The notes: generated from the letters alone by a model not told the origin. A stretch of 64,000 bases of DNA from Candidatus Saccharimonadales bacterium (GCA_038231155.1 JBBRLY010000013.1:68305-132304), one strand, 5' to 3'; shown: positions 41,915-52,660, counted from the first letter of the stretch. Translations and numbers: made by a program.

Positions 41915-42747
41915 TGGCTATTAAAGCTTATAAACCAACAACTCCTGGGCAACGCGGCATGACTACCCAAGATTTGAGTGAAATTACTACTAATAAACCA
42001 CTTAAGTCATTGTTGGTAGCTAAAAAAGCTGGTAGCGGGCGCAATAATACCGGTCGTATTACCGTAAGACACCGCGGTGGTGGCGTAAGACGATTTTATC
42101 GAATGGTGAACTATGGTTTGTCAGAAGGAGTTAACGCCGTAGTAGAGCAAATTGAATACGATCCTAATCGAAGTGCTAGAATTGCCCGGATTAAAGACGA
42201 TACCGGGACTTATCACTATATTATTGCTGCTAAAGGTATGAAAGTTGGTCAAAAGATTGCTAGCGGTCAAAACGCAGCAATCGAAAATGGAAATCGATTA
42301 ACATTAAAAGATACCCCGGTTGGCAGCAATATATATGCGGTTGAGTTACAACCTGGAGGTGGTGCTCAATTAGGACGAAGTGCCGGCGCCAGTATCCAAT
42401 TAGTAGCCAAAGAAAACGGCTGGGCCCAGATTAAATTACCTAGTGGAGAAATCCGAATGGTTTCAGAGCTTTGCATGGCACATTTAGGTAGTGTTGGCAA
42501 TGAACAGCATCAGAACATTAAAGTTGGAAAAGCTGGCCGTACGCGTAAGAAAGGATTTCGTCCCACTGTTCGCGGTGTAGCTATGAATGCTGCCGATCAT
42601 CCACATGGTGGAGGAGAAGGTAAAGGCAAAGGTAACAATCATCCAACCTCACCTTGGGGTCAACCAACTTTGGGTTATAAGACACGCCGCCGCAAGAGTA
42701 CCAATAAATTCATCATTAGAAGCCGACATGCGAGCAAGAGGAGATAA
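41914..42747 (+). CDS. rplB: ribosomal protein uL2
   Basis: ...MNAADHPHGGGEGK... Confidence 0.95.
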   Translation: MAIKAYKPTTPGQRGMTTQDLSEITTNKPLKSLLVAKKAGSGRNNTGRITVRHRGGGVRRFYRMVNYGLSEGVNAVVEQIEYDPNRSARIARIKDDTGTYHYIIAAKGMKVGQKIASGQNAAIENGNRLTLKDTPVGSNIYAVELQPGGGAQLGRSAGASIQLVAKENGWAQIKLPSGEIRMVSELCMAHLGSVGNEQHQNIKVGKAGRTRKKGFRPTVRGVAMNAADHPHGGGEGKGKGNNHPTSPWGQPTLGYKTRRRKSTNKFIIRSRHASKRR

Positions 42748-42748
42748 A

Positions 42749-42991
42749 ATGGCAGAGACAGCGGAACAAAGACTAGCTATACGTGAAACATATGAATCTG
42801 GTCGTCAAGAAGGCCAGCGTTTATTAACCCAGTTTACATTTGATGAACGACGTTATCTTGAGGTTAATGTTGCCAGAAAGTTAATCAATGCTGATGGTCT
42901 AGAACAAAACTATCATCAAGGAATTTGGCACGCTGTTAACGATACACCTTTAAGCATAGTTAAAGACATAATCAATAAGGCTAAATCATGA
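42749..42991 (+). CDS. orphan 80-aa ORF between rplB and rpsS
   Basis: SD GAGGAG at 42737-42742. ATG is 1 nt after the rplB stop. The stop overlaps the rpsS start (ATGA). [26 protein letters not shown]... No recognisable family. Confidence 0.6.
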   Translation: MAETAEQRLAIRETYESGRQEGQRLLTQFTFDERRYLEVNVARKLINADGLEQNYHQGIWHAVNDTPLSIVKDIINKAKS

Positions 42992-43266
42992 GTAGATCTC
43001 TTAAAAAAGGACCATTCGTAGATCCTAAATTGGCCAAAAAGATTGATGCTTTGGGAAGTGAAGATCGTACAATTGTTAAAACCTGGGCTCGGGCATCAAC
43101 TGTGGCACCTGAATTTGTTGGACGAACCATCGCTGTACACAATGGCAAAGTTCATGTGCCAGTCTTTATCACTGAAAATATGGTTGGTCATAAACTTGGT
43201 GAGTTTTCACCAACCCGTAAGTTTAGAAGTCATGGTGGTAAGTTAGCGAAAGCGGAGAGTCGATAA
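42988..43266 (+). CDS. rpsS: ribosomal protein uS19
   Basis: ...[25 protein letters not shown]... Confidence 0.95.
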   Translation: MSRSLKKGPFVDPKLAKKIDALGSEDRTIVKTWARASTVAPEFVGRTIAVHNGKVHVPVFITENMVGHKLGEFSPTRKFRSHGGKLAKAESR

Positions 43267-43643
43267 TGTCAGTACGTGCTATTGCTAAGTCAGTTAGAAT
43301 CAGTCCTCGCAAAGTAGGAGTGGTTGCCGGTTTAGTTCGTGGGCGAACTGTTGAGGATGCTTTAACTATACTGAATCACACTCCGCGTCGTTCAGCACAA
43401 CCAGTTAAAAAAGTTATCGAAAGCGCAAGAGCTAATGCTGATCATAACCATAACTTTAAGCCTGATAGCTTAAAAATAGTGGCAATTTCCGTTACTCCTG
43501 GCCAGCGTTTTAAACGCTTCCGTCCGGCAGCTCATGGAAGAGCTTTACCTTATCAGTTAAAAACGTCACATATTAGCGTGACGGTTGACGGCGAAAAACG
43601 CCAGCCCAAGAAGCCGACTACCGCCAAAAAGGAGACTAAGTAA
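43266..43643 (+). CDS. rplV: ribosomal protein uL22
   Basis: uL22 pattern and operon position. Confidence 0.9.
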   Translation: MSVRAIAKSVRISPRKVGVVAGLVRGRTVEDALTILNHTPRRSAQPVKKVIESARANADHNHNFKPDSLKIVAISVTPGQRFKRFRPAAHGRALPYQLKTSHISVTVDGEKRQPKKPTTAKKETK

Positions 43644-44272
43644 TGGGACAAAAAGTTAACCCCATAAGTATGCGTTTACAGGTCAATAAAGATTGGCGAA
43701 GTAAGTGGTTTGCTAATAAGCGAGAATACGCTAAATATCTTAGTCAAGATTTGGCCGTACGCCGTTTAATTAAAGACAAGCTAGGGTCTAGAGCAGCGAT
43801 TAACAAAGTTGACATCGAACGATCACCTAATTTGGTTACGATCACAATAAGCACGGCAAAAGCTGGTGTAGTAATTGGTCGTGGCGGCACAGGTGCCCAA
43901 GAATTAAAAATTAACATTGAAAAGATTTACGGAGTACCATCTCGAGTCAATATTGAAGAAGTTAAAAAACCAGAAATGCATGCTAAGTTGGTCGCCGAGA
44001 ACATCGCTCACCAATTAGAACGCCGAATTTCATTTCGCCGAGCCGTTAAGCAGCAAGCTGCTGCCACTATGAGAGCTGGAGCTAAAGGTGTTCGTATACA
44101 GGTTGCTGGACGATTAAACGGTGCTGAAATGAGTCGACGCGAAAAAGAAGTAGCCGGTAGCGTGCCACTACATACCATTCGAGCCAATATTGATTATGCT
44201 CAAGTAGACGCAAAAACAGTGGCTGGAATTATTGGTGTAAAGGTTTGGATTTATAAAGGGGAGGCAACCTAA
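43643..44272 (+). CDS. rpsC: ribosomal protein uS3
   Basis: MGQKVNP... KH-domain pattern and operon position. Confidence 0.95.
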   Translation: MGQKVNPISMRLQVNKDWRSKWFANKREYAKYLSQDLAVRRLIKDKLGSRAAINKVDIERSPNLVTITISTAKAGVVIGRGGTGAQELKINIEKIYGVPSRVNIEEVKKPEMHAKLVAENIAHQLERRISFRRAVKQQAAATMRAGAKGVRIQVAGRLNGAEMSRREKEVAGSVPLHTIRANIDYAQVDAKTVAGIIGVKVWIYKGEAT

Positions 44273-44685
44273 TGTTAATGCCCAAGCGACAGAAATACCG
44301 TAAGGTCCGAAAAGGTCGAATAAATGGCACTGCTTCTCGCGGCAATTACATCGCTTTTGGTGATTTTGCCTTGCAGGCTCAAGGCAACCAGCGAATTAAT
44401 TCACGCCAAATTGAAGCGGCTCGTCAAGCTATGACACGCTACGTTAAACGCGGTGGTAAAATCTGGATCCGCATATTCCCGCATACACCAGTGACTCGTA
44501 AACCTCAGGACGTTAAAATGGGCAGCGGCAAAGGCAATCCAGAGTTTTTTGTTGCTAAAGTTAGCCCTGGAACAGTTTTATTTGAAATGCAGGGTGTCGG
44601 CGAAGAAGTGGCAAGAGAAGCTATGCGTTTAGCGGCTCATAAATTACCAGTTAAGACTAAGTTTTTAATCAAGGATGAGGTGTAG
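44272..44685 (+). CDS. rplP: ribosomal protein uL16
   Basis: [11 protein letters not shown]... Confidence 0.95.
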   Translation: MLMPKRQKYRKVRKGRINGTASRGNYIAFGDFALQAQGNQRINSRQIEAARQAMTRYVKRGGKIWIRIFPHTPVTRKPQDVKMGSGKGNPEFFVAKVSPGTVLFEMQGVGEEVAREAMRLAAHKLPVKTKFLIKDEV

Positions 44686-44689
44686 AAAT

Positions 44690-44890
44690 ATGAAAATTAC
44701 CGAAATCCGCAAAATTAGCACAATAGAATTGACTAAAGAAACTTCCAAGCTAAGAGATGAGATAATTCAGCTAAAGCGTGGTTTATATAGTGGCGAAACG
44801 CAAAATGTCAGGATATTACGCCATAAGCGTAAAGACTTAGCTCGAATGTTGACGGTTCTTAGTGAACAGTTAGCCAAGGAGAACTTGTAA
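44690..44890 (+). CDS. rpmC: ribosomal protein uL29
   Basis: MKITEIRK...LRDEIIQLKR. ATG 44690 after SD GGATGAGGTG. Confidence 0.9.
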   Translation: MKITEIRKISTIELTKETSKLRDEIIQLKRGLYSGETQNVRILRHKRKDLARMLTVLSEQLAKENL

Positions 44891-45204
44891 TGCCTAGAAC
44901 CATGACAGGATTAGTTATGTCTGATAAACCCGATAAGTCCATTGTAGTCAGAGTACAGTGGCGTAAAACGCATCCTCTATATAAAAAACAATACCTTGTT
45001 TCAAAGCGATATTTGGTACACGATGAGAAAAATGAAGCACATCCTGGTGATAAGGTTTTAATAATTGAGGGACGACCCTTAAGTGCCCGTAAACGCTTCC
45101 AATTATCTAAAATTATTGAACGTCCGGTCATTCGTGAAGATCAACAAGTCAATAAAATTACTGCCGAGGAAGAACCAGAGAAAAAACCTAAGGAAAAAGA
45201 ATGA
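44890..45204 (+). CDS. rpsQ: ribosomal protein uS17
   Basis: ...[18 protein letters not shown]... A short acidic/Lys C-terminal tail is present. Confidence 0.9.
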   Translation: MPRTMTGLVMSDKPDKSIVVRVQWRKTHPLYKKQYLVSKRYLVHDEKNEAHPGDKVLIIEGRPLSARKRFQLSKIIERPVIREDQQVNKITAEEEPEKKPKEKE

Positions 45205-45569
45205 TCCAGCAAGAATCTCGTTTACTAGTTACAGATAACAGCGGTGCAAAAGAAATATTGTGCATCCGTGTTTTAGGTGGTACAAGGCGACGTTATGCTG
45301 GCGTCGGTGACGAAATTGTAGCTACAGTAAAACAAGCCAATCCAAGCGGAAATGTAAAAAAGAAATCTGTAGTCAGAGCAGTCGTAGTTAGAACTAGGGC
45401 ACCGATTAAACGACGTGACGGTTCAACCATTAAGTTTGACGACAATGCCGCAGTCATCATAGATGAGAATAAACTACCTAGGGCGACCCGTATTTTTGGT
45501 CCGGTACCGCGTGAATTGAGAGATCATGGCTACAACCGAATAATTTCTTTGGCCCCGGAGGTCTTATGA
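45201..45569 (+). CDS. rplN: ribosomal protein uL14
   Basis: [17 protein letters not shown]... Confidence 0.95.
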   Translation: MIQQESRLLVTDNSGAKEILCIRVLGGTRRRYAGVGDEIVATVKQANPSGNVKKKSVVRAVVVRTRAPIKRRDGSTIKFDDNAAVIIDENKLPRATRIFGPVPRELRDHGYNRIISLAPEVL

Positions 45570-45901
45570 TAGATAACAAACCGTTTAAAATCAGATTAAG
45601 AAAAGGTGACACGGTAGTAGTTAGAAGTGGTAAGTATAAAGGTAAAAGCGGTAAAGTTAATCAAGTTCACCCAAAACTTAATAAAGTTACCGTGGAAGGT
45701 ATTAATATCGTGAAAAAGCACCTAAAACCTACACGCTTGCAGCCACAAGGCGGGATAGTTGAATTAACAAAACCGATTTGGGTTAGTAAAGTCGGTATTT
45801 TAGAACCCTCTAGCAAAAAACCCAGCCGTATTGCTTACAAAGTTAACCAAAGCGGTACTAAAACTCGAGTTTTTACTAAGAATAATAAGGAGATTAAGTA
45901 A
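45566..45901 (+). CDS. rplX: ribosomal protein uL24
   Basis: [20 protein letters not shown] (KOW motif). Confidence 0.9.
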   Translation: MIDNKPFKIRLRKGDTVVVRSGKYKGKSGKVNQVHPKLNKVTVEGINIVKKHLKPTRLQPQGGIVELTKPIWVSKVGILEPSSKKPSRIAYKVNQSGTKTRVFTKNNKEIK

Positions 45902-46494
45902 TGGCAACCCAAACCGTATCTCCACCAGCTAGGTTAAAAGATTTATTTAAAAATGATATTCAAAATGATCTATTAAAACAGCTAAAGCTTAAGAATTTAA
46001 ACCAAGTCCCGCGGCTAGAAAAAATAGTTCTAAATATTGGTTTAGGACGCGGCAAGGATGATAAGAAACTTTTCGAAACAGCAACCAATACCCTTAGAAA
46101 GATTACTGGCCAACAACCGATTCAAACAACTGCTAAAAAGTCGATTGCTTCGTTTAAGCTTCGTGAAGGCAATAAAATAGGCCTTAAAGTAACCTTGCGC
46201 GATCAACGAATGTACGAATTTATGGACCGCTTAATTAACATCGTATTACCCAGATTGAGAGATTTTCACGGTGTTAATCCAAAAGCTTTTGATAGAAGTG
46301 GCAATTATTCAATAGGTATTAGCGAGCAATCAGTATTTCCAGAACTATCTTTTGACGAGACTACTACGGTTCATGGTTTACAAGTAATATTTGTTATTAA
46401 AACTGATAATCCACAGCACGCCCGATCTTTACTGGAAAAATTCGGATTGCCTTTTGAAAAAATCCAAGAAGATAAGGAGACTAGTAATGGCTAA
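45901..46494 (+). CDS. rplE: ribosomal protein uL5
   Basis: uL5 pattern and operon position. Confidence 0.9.
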   Translation: MATQTVSPPARLKDLFKNDIQNDLLKQLKLKNLNQVPRLEKIVLNIGLGRGKDDKKLFETATNTLRKITGQQPIQTTAKKSIASFKLREGNKIGLKVTLRDQRMYEFMDRLINIVLPRLRDFHGVNPKAFDRSGNYSIGISEQSVFPELSFDETTTVHGLQVIFVIKTDNPQHARSLLEKFGLPFEKIQEDKETSNG

Positions 46495-46756
46495 GAAATC
46501 CATCATAGCCCGTGATTTAAAACGGCATAAGATGATTGACCAATATGCAGTTAAACGAGCCCAACTTAAAGAGTTAGGCGACCAAGAAGGCTTGCATAAT
46601 CTACCACGTAATTCTTCACCGACCAGACGTAAAAACCGTTGCCAGGAAACCGGACGACCACGCGGCTATATGCGAACTTTTGGACTATCTAGAATTTCTT
46701 TTCGAGAGCATGCATCTAAAGGTGAAATTCCGGGTGTAACTAAATCAAGTTGGTAA
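46487..46756 (+). CDS. rpsN: ribosomal protein uS14 (long, non-zinc form)
   Basis: [13 protein letters not shown]...[29 protein letters not shown] 46487 overlaps the rplE end. Confidence 0.9.
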   Translation: MAKKSIIARDLKRHKMIDQYAVKRAQLKELGDQEGLHNLPRNSSPTRRKNRCQETGRPRGYMRTFGLSRISFREHASKGEIPGVTKSSW

Positions 46757-46772
46757 GAAAAGGACATATAAA

Positions 46773-47174
46773 ATGACTAGCACAACCACAGACCCAATAG
46801 CCGACATGCTGTCTCGTATTCGTAACGCCGTAGCGGTTAGAAAATCAGAGATTAATTTGCCGCACTCTAAGATAAAAGAAAGTGTTGCTAAGCTGTTAAA
46901 AGCCAACGACTTTATTAATGAAGTTACGGTTGAAGATGGGGAAGTTGGCAAGCTTTTAAGGATTTCAATTAATACGGTTGATCAAAACGCCCGCATCACC
47001 GAAATTACTCGACTAAGTCGACCAGGACGTCGTCATTACACCAATGTGGCAGACATTCCTAAGATAAAAAGAGGACGTGGAATTGTTATTATTTCAACTT
47101 CGCAGGGTATTATGACTGGCGCTACTGCTGAGGCTAAGAAAATTGGCGGCGAGCTAATTTGTAAGGTGTATTAA
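46773..47174 (+). CDS. rpsH: ribosomal protein uS8
   Basis: DPIADMLSRIRNA... Confidence 0.95.
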   Translation: MTSTTTDPIADMLSRIRNAVAVRKSEINLPHSKIKESVAKLLKANDFINEVTVEDGEVGKLLRISINTVDQNARITEITRLSRPGRRHYTNVADIPKIKRGRGIVIISTSQGIMTGATAEAKKIGGELICKVY

Positions 47175-47175
47175 T

Positions 47176-47715
47176 ATGAGTAGAATTGGCAAACAACCGA
47201 TTAAAGTTCCGAGTAGTGTAACAGTTACTATTGAACCTAAAAATATTTTGGTCAATGGACCCAAAGGGTCATTGAGTCAGTTTATGATGCCTGGCCTAAA
47301 TATCAATCAGCAAGCGGATGAGCTGATTGTTGCTCCGCAAAATCAGGAACGCCAAACCAGAGCAAAACATGGACTAATGCGCACCTTAATAAACAATATG
47401 GTTAAGGGTGTGAGTGATGGTTTCAGCAAAAAGCTGGAGATTAACGGTGTAGGTTACCGTGTCAATATGGCTGGTAGTGATTTAAAATTTAATGTAGGCT
47501 TTTCGCACGATGTAACATATAAAATTCCGGTTGGGGTTGTCGCGACGGTTGATCAAAACATTATAACTATTAGTGGGATTAGTAAACAGCAAGTTGGTCA
47601 AACGGCTGCCGAAATTAGAGCCATTAAAAAACCAGAGCCTTATAAAGGTAAGGGTATAAAGTATGTTAACGAGCAAATTATCCGTAAAAGTGGTAAATCG
47701 GGTAAGGAAAAATAG
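47176..47715 (+). CDS. rplF: ribosomal protein uL6
   Basis: MSRIGKQPIKVPSSV... Confidence 0.95.
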   Translation: MSRIGKQPIKVPSSVTVTIEPKNILVNGPKGSLSQFMMPGLNINQQADELIVAPQNQERQTRAKHGLMRTLINNMVKGVSDGFSKKLEINGVGYRVNMAGSDLKFNVGFSHDVTYKIPVGVVATVDQNIITISGISKQQVGQTAAEIRAIKKPEPYKGKGIKYVNEQIIRKSGKSGKEK

Positions 47716-47724
47716 GAATAAGCC

Positions 47725-48078
47725 ATGGATCGATTAAAGCATAAGACTGAAAACAGTAAAATACGGCGTAATAGAGTCCGAAAAGCTATTAAAACTGCCA
47801 ACCATAAGCCGCGCTTGAATGTTAGTATTAGCAATAGACATATTCGTGCACAAATTATCGATGACAACAAACACCATACTTTATTAGCCGTTTCAACTGA
47901 CGGTGATCAAACGAAGGGTAGTATGAGTGACAAAGCCTCGTGGGTTGGTGAGCAAATCGGCCAAAAAGCTAAGAAAGCTAAAATTAATAAAGTTGTTTTT
48001 GATAGAAGTACTAAACTATATCACGGCCGAGTACAACTATTAGCTGAGGCCGCTAGAAAGACGGGATTGGAGTTTTAA
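47725..48078 (+). CDS. rplR: ribosomal protein uL18
   Basis: uL18 pattern (…RLNVSISNRHIRAQIID…). Confidence 0.9.
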   Translation: MDRLKHKTENSKIRRNRVRKAIKTANHKPRLNVSISNRHIRAQIIDDNKHHTLLAVSTDGDQTKGSMSDKASWVGEQIGQKAKKAKINKVVFDRSTKLYHGRVQLLAEAARKTGLEF

Positions 48079-48080
48079 TT

Positions 48081-48638
48081 ATGGCCAAGAACGCGCGACA
48101 TAACAGACAAGCCCAGAATACTGGGAACCAGACAGACGAAGAAAAGCAATTCGACGAACGAGTTGTACATGTTGACCGAGTAGCCAGAGTTGTAAAAGGC
48201 GGCCGTCGATTTAGATTCAGAGCTTTAGTGGTGGTTGGAGATCATAAAAATAAAGTTGGTATTGGCTCGGCTAAAGGCGCAGATGTCAGTGCTGCAGTTA
48301 CCAAGGCTGTCGATATAGCCAAAAAACAGCTAGTTACCATTTCAATTTATAAAGATACGCTTCCGCATGAACAAGAAGCTAAAGTTAGCGGTGCTCACAT
48401 TTTGCTTAAGCCAGCCAGTCCCGGAACCGGTTTAATTGCAGGAGGTGTTGTCAGAACCATTTTAGAGGTAGGCGGAGTTAAAAATGCGCTTAGTAAATCT
48501 TTAGGTTCAGCTAATAAAACAAACACGGCATACGCAACCATAAAAGCTCTACAACTTATAGTACCGAGGAAACAGTGGGTTACTTACGTACCTAAAGTAG
48601 CCGGTGGAACTACTGGATCTAAAAAGGTTAAAGCATGA
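48081..48638 (+). CDS. rpsE: ribosomal protein uS5
   Basis: ...[24 protein letters not shown]... Confidence 0.95.
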   Translation: MAKNARHNRQAQNTGNQTDEEKQFDERVVHVDRVARVVKGGRRFRFRALVVVGDHKNKVGIGSAKGADVSAAVTKAVDIAKKQLVTISIYKDTLPHEQEAKVSGAHILLKPASPGTGLIAGGVVRTILEVGGVKNALSKSLGSANKTNTAYATIKALQLIVPRKQWVTYVPKVAGGTTGSKKVKA

Positions 48639-49123
48639 AGTATAACGAGTTAAAATTATCAAGCCATAAAACTACAAAGCGAGTCGGACGCGGTATCGCT
48701 GGAGGTCAAGGTAAAACTGCTGGTCGAGGCACTAAAGGTCAAAAATCAAGGACTGGTAGTAAAAAACATCCTGGCTTTGAAGGTGGCCAGAACCCATTAA
48801 TGCAACGTCTGCCAAAACTACGCGGCTTCCATTCACATCGTAAGCCAATTGAAAACGTTTACACAGGGCAACTTAATTCGCTTGGCAACTCTATTGATAA
48901 TCATAAACTTTTTGAAGCCGGATTAATCTCCAGTCCCTACGTTAAAGTTAAGCTCTTAAGTAAAGGGGATATATCTAAAAAAATGAGCGTCAAGTTACAA
49001 GCGGCCAGTCAAGGAGCTATAAGTTTACTTAGCTTGAAGGATGGATCCTTTACAAAAGTTCCACAAATTGGCCGTGCAGCTAAGCTTCGCTCCAGTGACG
49101 AAAAGACGTCACCAGAGTCTTAA
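48635..49123 (+). CDS. rplO: ribosomal protein uL15
   Basis: ...[24 protein letters not shown]... It overlaps the rpsE stop by 4 nt, leaving no room for rpmD. Confidence 0.95.
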   Translation: MKYNELKLSSHKTTKRVGRGIAGGQGKTAGRGTKGQKSRTGSKKHPGFEGGQNPLMQRLPKLRGFHSHRKPIENVYTGQLNSLGNSIDNHKLFEAGLISSPYVKVKLLSKGDISKKMSVKLQAASQGAISLLSLKDGSFTKVPQIGRAAKLRSSDEKTSPES

Positions 49124-49169
49124 GAGCTAGGGTGTTATACTACTTTAAAACCTAAAAAGGGAAAAGCCT

Positions 49170-50663
49170 ATGAACTGGAAAGTGATTTGGCAATCACTCA
49201 ATAAAAGCGATATGCGCAAACGAATTCTGGCGGTATTGGCTATGCTGTTGGTCTTTAGGATTATGGCTCATATTCCTGTGCCACTTAGCGATCCCAAAAC
49301 TTTAAAGCAGGTTTTACAAAACATTTTTTCGTCAAATAAAACACCTCAATTACTCAGTTTTATTAATGTCTTATCCGGCGGTGCATTAGCTAATTTTTCT
49401 ATAATGCTTGTAGGCCTAGGACCATACATTAACGCCTCAATCATTTTGCAGCTTTTAACTCGAGCTATTCCTAAACTTGAAGCCTTAAATCAAGAAGGTG
49501 AGTACGGCCGCAAAAAAATCAATCAGTATACCCGATTATTAACTCTTCCACTTGCTATTATTCAATCAGTTGGCGCCATTTACCTTGTCAGACAATCGGC
49601 ATCTAGCATCGGTGGACTAGGCGATATAACGGCCAATACATCACTTATCCAGTGGGCCTTAATGGTAGCCGCCCTGACTGGCGGTTCAATGATACTGATG
49701 TGGTTAGGCGAATTAGTAACCGAGCAAGGAGTAGGTAACGGAATATCGTTAGTGATTACAGTTGGTATTGTTAGTAGTCTGCCTAAGACTATTGCTGGTT
49801 TACTTAGTTCGCTTAGTAGTGGTCATAAACATTGGACAATCTATGGTCAAACACTGCCGTTCAGTAAAGCTGGAGTTATCTTCAGTATTTTAATTATGGC
49901 AATTATTACCGCTATCACCGTATTTATAGTTAAACTTAATGAAGCTTCACGTAATATTACCGTCAATTATGCAAAACGCGTACAAGGAAATAGAGCCTAT
50001 GGTGGTGTAACTACTGTCCTACCAATTAAACTAATAACCGCAGGTGTTATCCCGATTATATTTGCTGTTGCTTTTCTAAGCGTGCCAAGTTTTGTGGCTC
50101 AACTGCTTGTCGGCATGCATAGCCCACATTTACAGCAGATTGGCAACACACTACTACGATTATTTCAGCCGCCAAGTGTCCAAAGCTTTCAAGCCGGTGG
50201 CTGGCAACCTTACCTTTATCCATTAGTTTATTTCTTTTTAGTGGTAGTCTTTACATTCTTTTACACCAATGTAGCCTTTAATGCTAAAGAAATAGCTGAG
50301 AACTTACAAAAACAAGGCGGCTTTATATCTGGTACGCGATCAGGTAAACAAACTGAAAAATATCTAAGTAAGATTGTTAATCGATTGACCTTATTTGGCG
50401 CCATTTCATTAGGCTTTTTAGCGCTCTTACCGATGATTGCCCAGATATTTTTAAAAACCAATGTCGCCATTGGTGGTACTAGCTTACTGATTTTAGTGGC
50501 CGTAGCTTTAGAAACGTTACGCGCAATTGAATCAAGAGCCTTAATGGTTACTTATGATCAGTATTCGCAACCTGACTATTTTTACGACTCCTCTACTCCA
50601 GCAGAAGCCGCAACTGGAGCCCGCCGATTACGCTTTATTCCGTCGCGGCGTAAAAAAAGTTGA
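49170..50663 (+). CDS. secY: preprotein translocase subunit SecY
   Basis: 10-TM pattern, position after rplO, TGTTATACT at 49133-49141 upstream. Confidence 0.95.
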   Translation: MNWKVIWQSLNKSDMRKRILAVLAMLLVFRIMAHIPVPLSDPKTLKQVLQNIFSSNKTPQLLSFINVLSGGALANFSIMLVGLGPYINASIILQLLTRAIPKLEALNQEGEYGRKKINQYTRLLTLPLAIIQSVGAIYLVRQSASSIGGLGDITANTSLIQWALMVAALTGGSMILMWLGELVTEQGVGNGISLVITVGIVSSLPKTIAGLLSSLSSGHKHWTIYGQTLPFSKAGVIFSILIMAIITAITVFIVKLNEASRNITVNYAKRVQGNRAYGGVTTVLPIKLITAGVIPIIFAVAFLSVPSFVAQLLVGMHSPHLQQIGNTLLRLFQPPSVQSFQAGGWQPYLYPLVYFFLVVVFTFFYTNVAFNAKEIAENLQKQGGFISGTRSGKQTEKYLSKIVNRLTLFGAISLGFLALLPMIAQIFLKTNVAIGGTSLLILVAVALETLRAIESRALMVTYDQYSQPDYFYDSSTPAEAATGARRLRFIPSRRKKS

Positions 50664-50739
50664 TATTGCTTAGCGGTTTTGATATATTTGCAAATAAGAG
50701 TCTAAAGCCAGACTGCGTTGATGTTATTGTAAAAAAGTC

Positions 50740-50769
50740 TTTACATTACAGTGCTGCATCTGATATAAT
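50740..50769 (+). promoter_or_regulatory. promoter for infA (TTTACA-N18-TGaTATAAT)
   Basis: TTTACA at 50740-50745 and extended -10 TGATATAAT at 50761-50769. Confidence 0.5.
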
Positions 50770-50786
50770 TGACGTTTGTTATATTT

Positions 50787-51008
50787 ATGACTGCAAATAA
50801 AGAAGTGATTGAGCTCGATGGCACGATAGTGGAGACATTACCTGGCACTCAGTTCAAAGTAGAGCTTGAAAACGGTCATATAATCATAGCTCATGTCGCC
50901 GGCAAAATGCGTAAACATTTTATACGTATCGTCCCCGGAGACAGCGTGACGGTTGAGTTGACCCCTTATGATCTTACTAAGGGAAGAATCACCTATCGCA
51001 AGTCATAA
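50787..51008 (+). CDS. infA: translation initiation factor IF-1
   Basis: ...[36 protein letters not shown] 50787 is preferred over TTG 50769, which overlaps the -10 box. Confidence 0.9.
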   Translation: MTANKEVIELDGTIVETLPGTQFKVELENGHIIIAHVAGKMRKHFIRIVPGDSVTVELTPYDLTKGRITYRKS

Positions 51009-51078
51009 ATTGTAAGCAGTGTGTCTCGCTCATAAATAGAGCGCGATCGGCATTCCCCCAGAAAGGATTTCTAAAGGG

Positions 51079-51195
51079 ATGAAAGTGCGTGCTAGCGTTA
51101 AAAAAATTAGCCCCAGCGACAAAATCGTTCGTCGCAAGGGAAGAGTTTATGTTATCAACAAAACTAAGCCTCGGCATAAACAAAGGCAAGGTTAA
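51079..51195 (+). CDS. rpmJ: ribosomal protein bL36 (Cys-less form); absent from the ORF track (38 aa)
   Basis: Hand translation gives [38 protein letters not shown]. Canonical position between infA and rpsM. Confidence 0.9.
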   Translation: MKVRASVKKISPSDKIVRRKGRVYVINKTKPRHKQRQG

Positions 51196-51197
51196 AA

Positions 51198-51584
51198 GTG
51201 GCTAGAATCTCTGGTGTAACAATTCCTTCAGAAAAGCAGACTCAAGTGGCACTTACTTATATTTATGGGATTGGGTTAAAAACTAGTTTAGATATTCTCG
51301 GTGAGGCACATGTAGACCCAACTGTTAGAGCAAAAAATCTTACTGATGCTGAAATTGCTCGACTACAAGACGTTATTAACGCAAAATATACCGTCGAAGG
51401 TGAACTACAGCGAATTGTAACAGGCAATATTAAACGACTTAAAGATATCAACGCCTACCGTGGAATCAGGCATAAACTTAATTTACCATCGCGCGGTCAA
51501 CGCACTAAAACTAATGCCCGTACCCGACGTGGCAAGAAGATTACAGTTGGTGGTACTGCCAAGAAAGCACCGTCTAAGACTTAA
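51198..51584 (+). CDS. rpsM: ribosomal protein uS13
   Basis: MARISGV... with a GTG start. Confidence 0.95.
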   Translation: MARISGVTIPSEKQTQVALTYIYGIGLKTSLDILGEAHVDPTVRAKNLTDAEIARLQDVINAKYTVEGELQRIVTGNIKRLKDINAYRGIRHKLNLPSRGQRTKTNARTRRGKKITVGGTAKKAPSKT

Positions 51585-51593
51585 GGATTATAA

Positions 51594-52019
51594 ATGACCG
51601 AAGAAGAAAACGCAGCAACACCAGCATCAATCCCTGAACCAAAGGTTAAACGTAAGAAATCTAAGCGATCAGTACCAACCGGTCAATTACACATCCTAGC
51701 TTCGTTTAACAACACTATCGTTAGCTTTACCGATCCCAAAGGTGGGGTTGTAGCTAGCTCAAGCTCCGGTGCATCAGGTTTCAGAGGATCTAAAAAAGGC
51801 ACTGCCTACGCTGCTCAAATCGCTACCGAAAAAGCCGCTACGATAGCCAAACAACAAGTTGGACTAACTAAAGTAGAAGTTTTTATTAAGGGTATTGGGC
51901 TTGGCCGCGATGCCGCTATTCGTACTTTAATGGCTCAAAATATAGCGGTTGAAAGTATAACTGATGTTACCGGCGTGCCACACGGTGGTGTAAGACCTAG
52001 AAAAGCCAGGAGAGTGTAA
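51594..52019 (+). CDS. rpsK: ribosomal protein uS11
   Basis: ...ASFNNTIVSFTDPKG...GSKKGTAYAAQ... Confidence 0.95.
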   Translation: MTEEENAATPASIPEPKVKRKKSKRSVPTGQLHILASFNNTIVSFTDPKGGVVASSSSGASGFRGSKKGTAYAAQIATEKAATIAKQQVGLTKVEVFIKGIGLGRDAAIRTLMAQNIAVESITDVTGVPHGGVRPRKARRV

Positions 52020-52642
52020 TGGCCCGCGATCTTCGATCAATTGTTAAAATGTCTCGTCGTGAAGGTTATGCCTTGCATCCTAAAGCTCATAAAGCCTTAG
52101 TAAGGCGTAGTACACCTCCGGGTCAACAGACCGGTGGTCGAGGTGGTCGTATTAAGAGTAGTCAGTATGCCCTGCAACTCCGGGAAAAACAAAAAGTTAA
52201 AAGACTCTACGGTTTGCTTGAAAAACAATTCAGTAATTTAATGAAAGAAGCTTCTAGATCTAAAGGCCAATCCGGACAAGTCCTGTTACAACTATTAGAG
52301 CGCCGTTTGGATAATACTGTTTACCGTAGTGGTTTGGCACCCAGTCGCCGAGCTGCCAGACAGTTGGTAACTCACGGTCACTTTAAATTAAATGATCGCC
52401 GAGTAGACATACCTTCTATACGTATAAACCAGGGTGACGTAGTGGTCGCAAGAGACCAAAGCCAAAAAACTGAATACTTTAAGAAAATTGATGATGTCAG
52501 CCCTGTCAGCCCAAACGATATACCGAGCTGGCTTAAAGTAAATAGAAAGAAGTTTGAAATTACAATTTCTGGCATGCCTATTAGAGAAGAGGCTGAGCCG
52601 GACATCAACGAACAATTAATAGTTGAGTATTACTCACGTTAA
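52019..52642 (+). CDS. rpsD: ribosomal protein uS4
   Basis: ...YALQLREKQKVKRLYG... and an S4 RNA-binding domain. Confidence 0.95.
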   Translation: MARDLRSIVKMSRREGYALHPKAHKALVRRSTPPGQQTGGRGGRIKSSQYALQLREKQKVKRLYGLLEKQFSNLMKEASRSKGQSGQVLLQLLERRLDNTVYRSGLAPSRRAARQLVTHGHFKLNDRRVDIPSIRINQGDVVVARDQSQKTEYFKKIDDVSPVSPNDIPSWLKVNRKKFEITISGMPIREEAEPDINEQLIVEYYSR

Positions 52643-52660
52643 GCAGCAAGGAGCCAATAT

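Noticed and set aside
42587-42748. Upstream parts of track ORFs that extend real genes backwards into the preceding gene: 42587 (the 80-aa ORF), 39312 (rpsJ), 41516 (rplW), 44675 (rpmC), 46391 (rpsN), 35405 (the 65-aa ORF), 50769 (infA), 60134 (GFA-like), 62685 (the 68-aa ORF).
   Set aside because: An internal ATG with an SD or tight coupling to the upstream stop gives the canonical protein N-terminus. The extensions overlap the upstream CDS out of frame.
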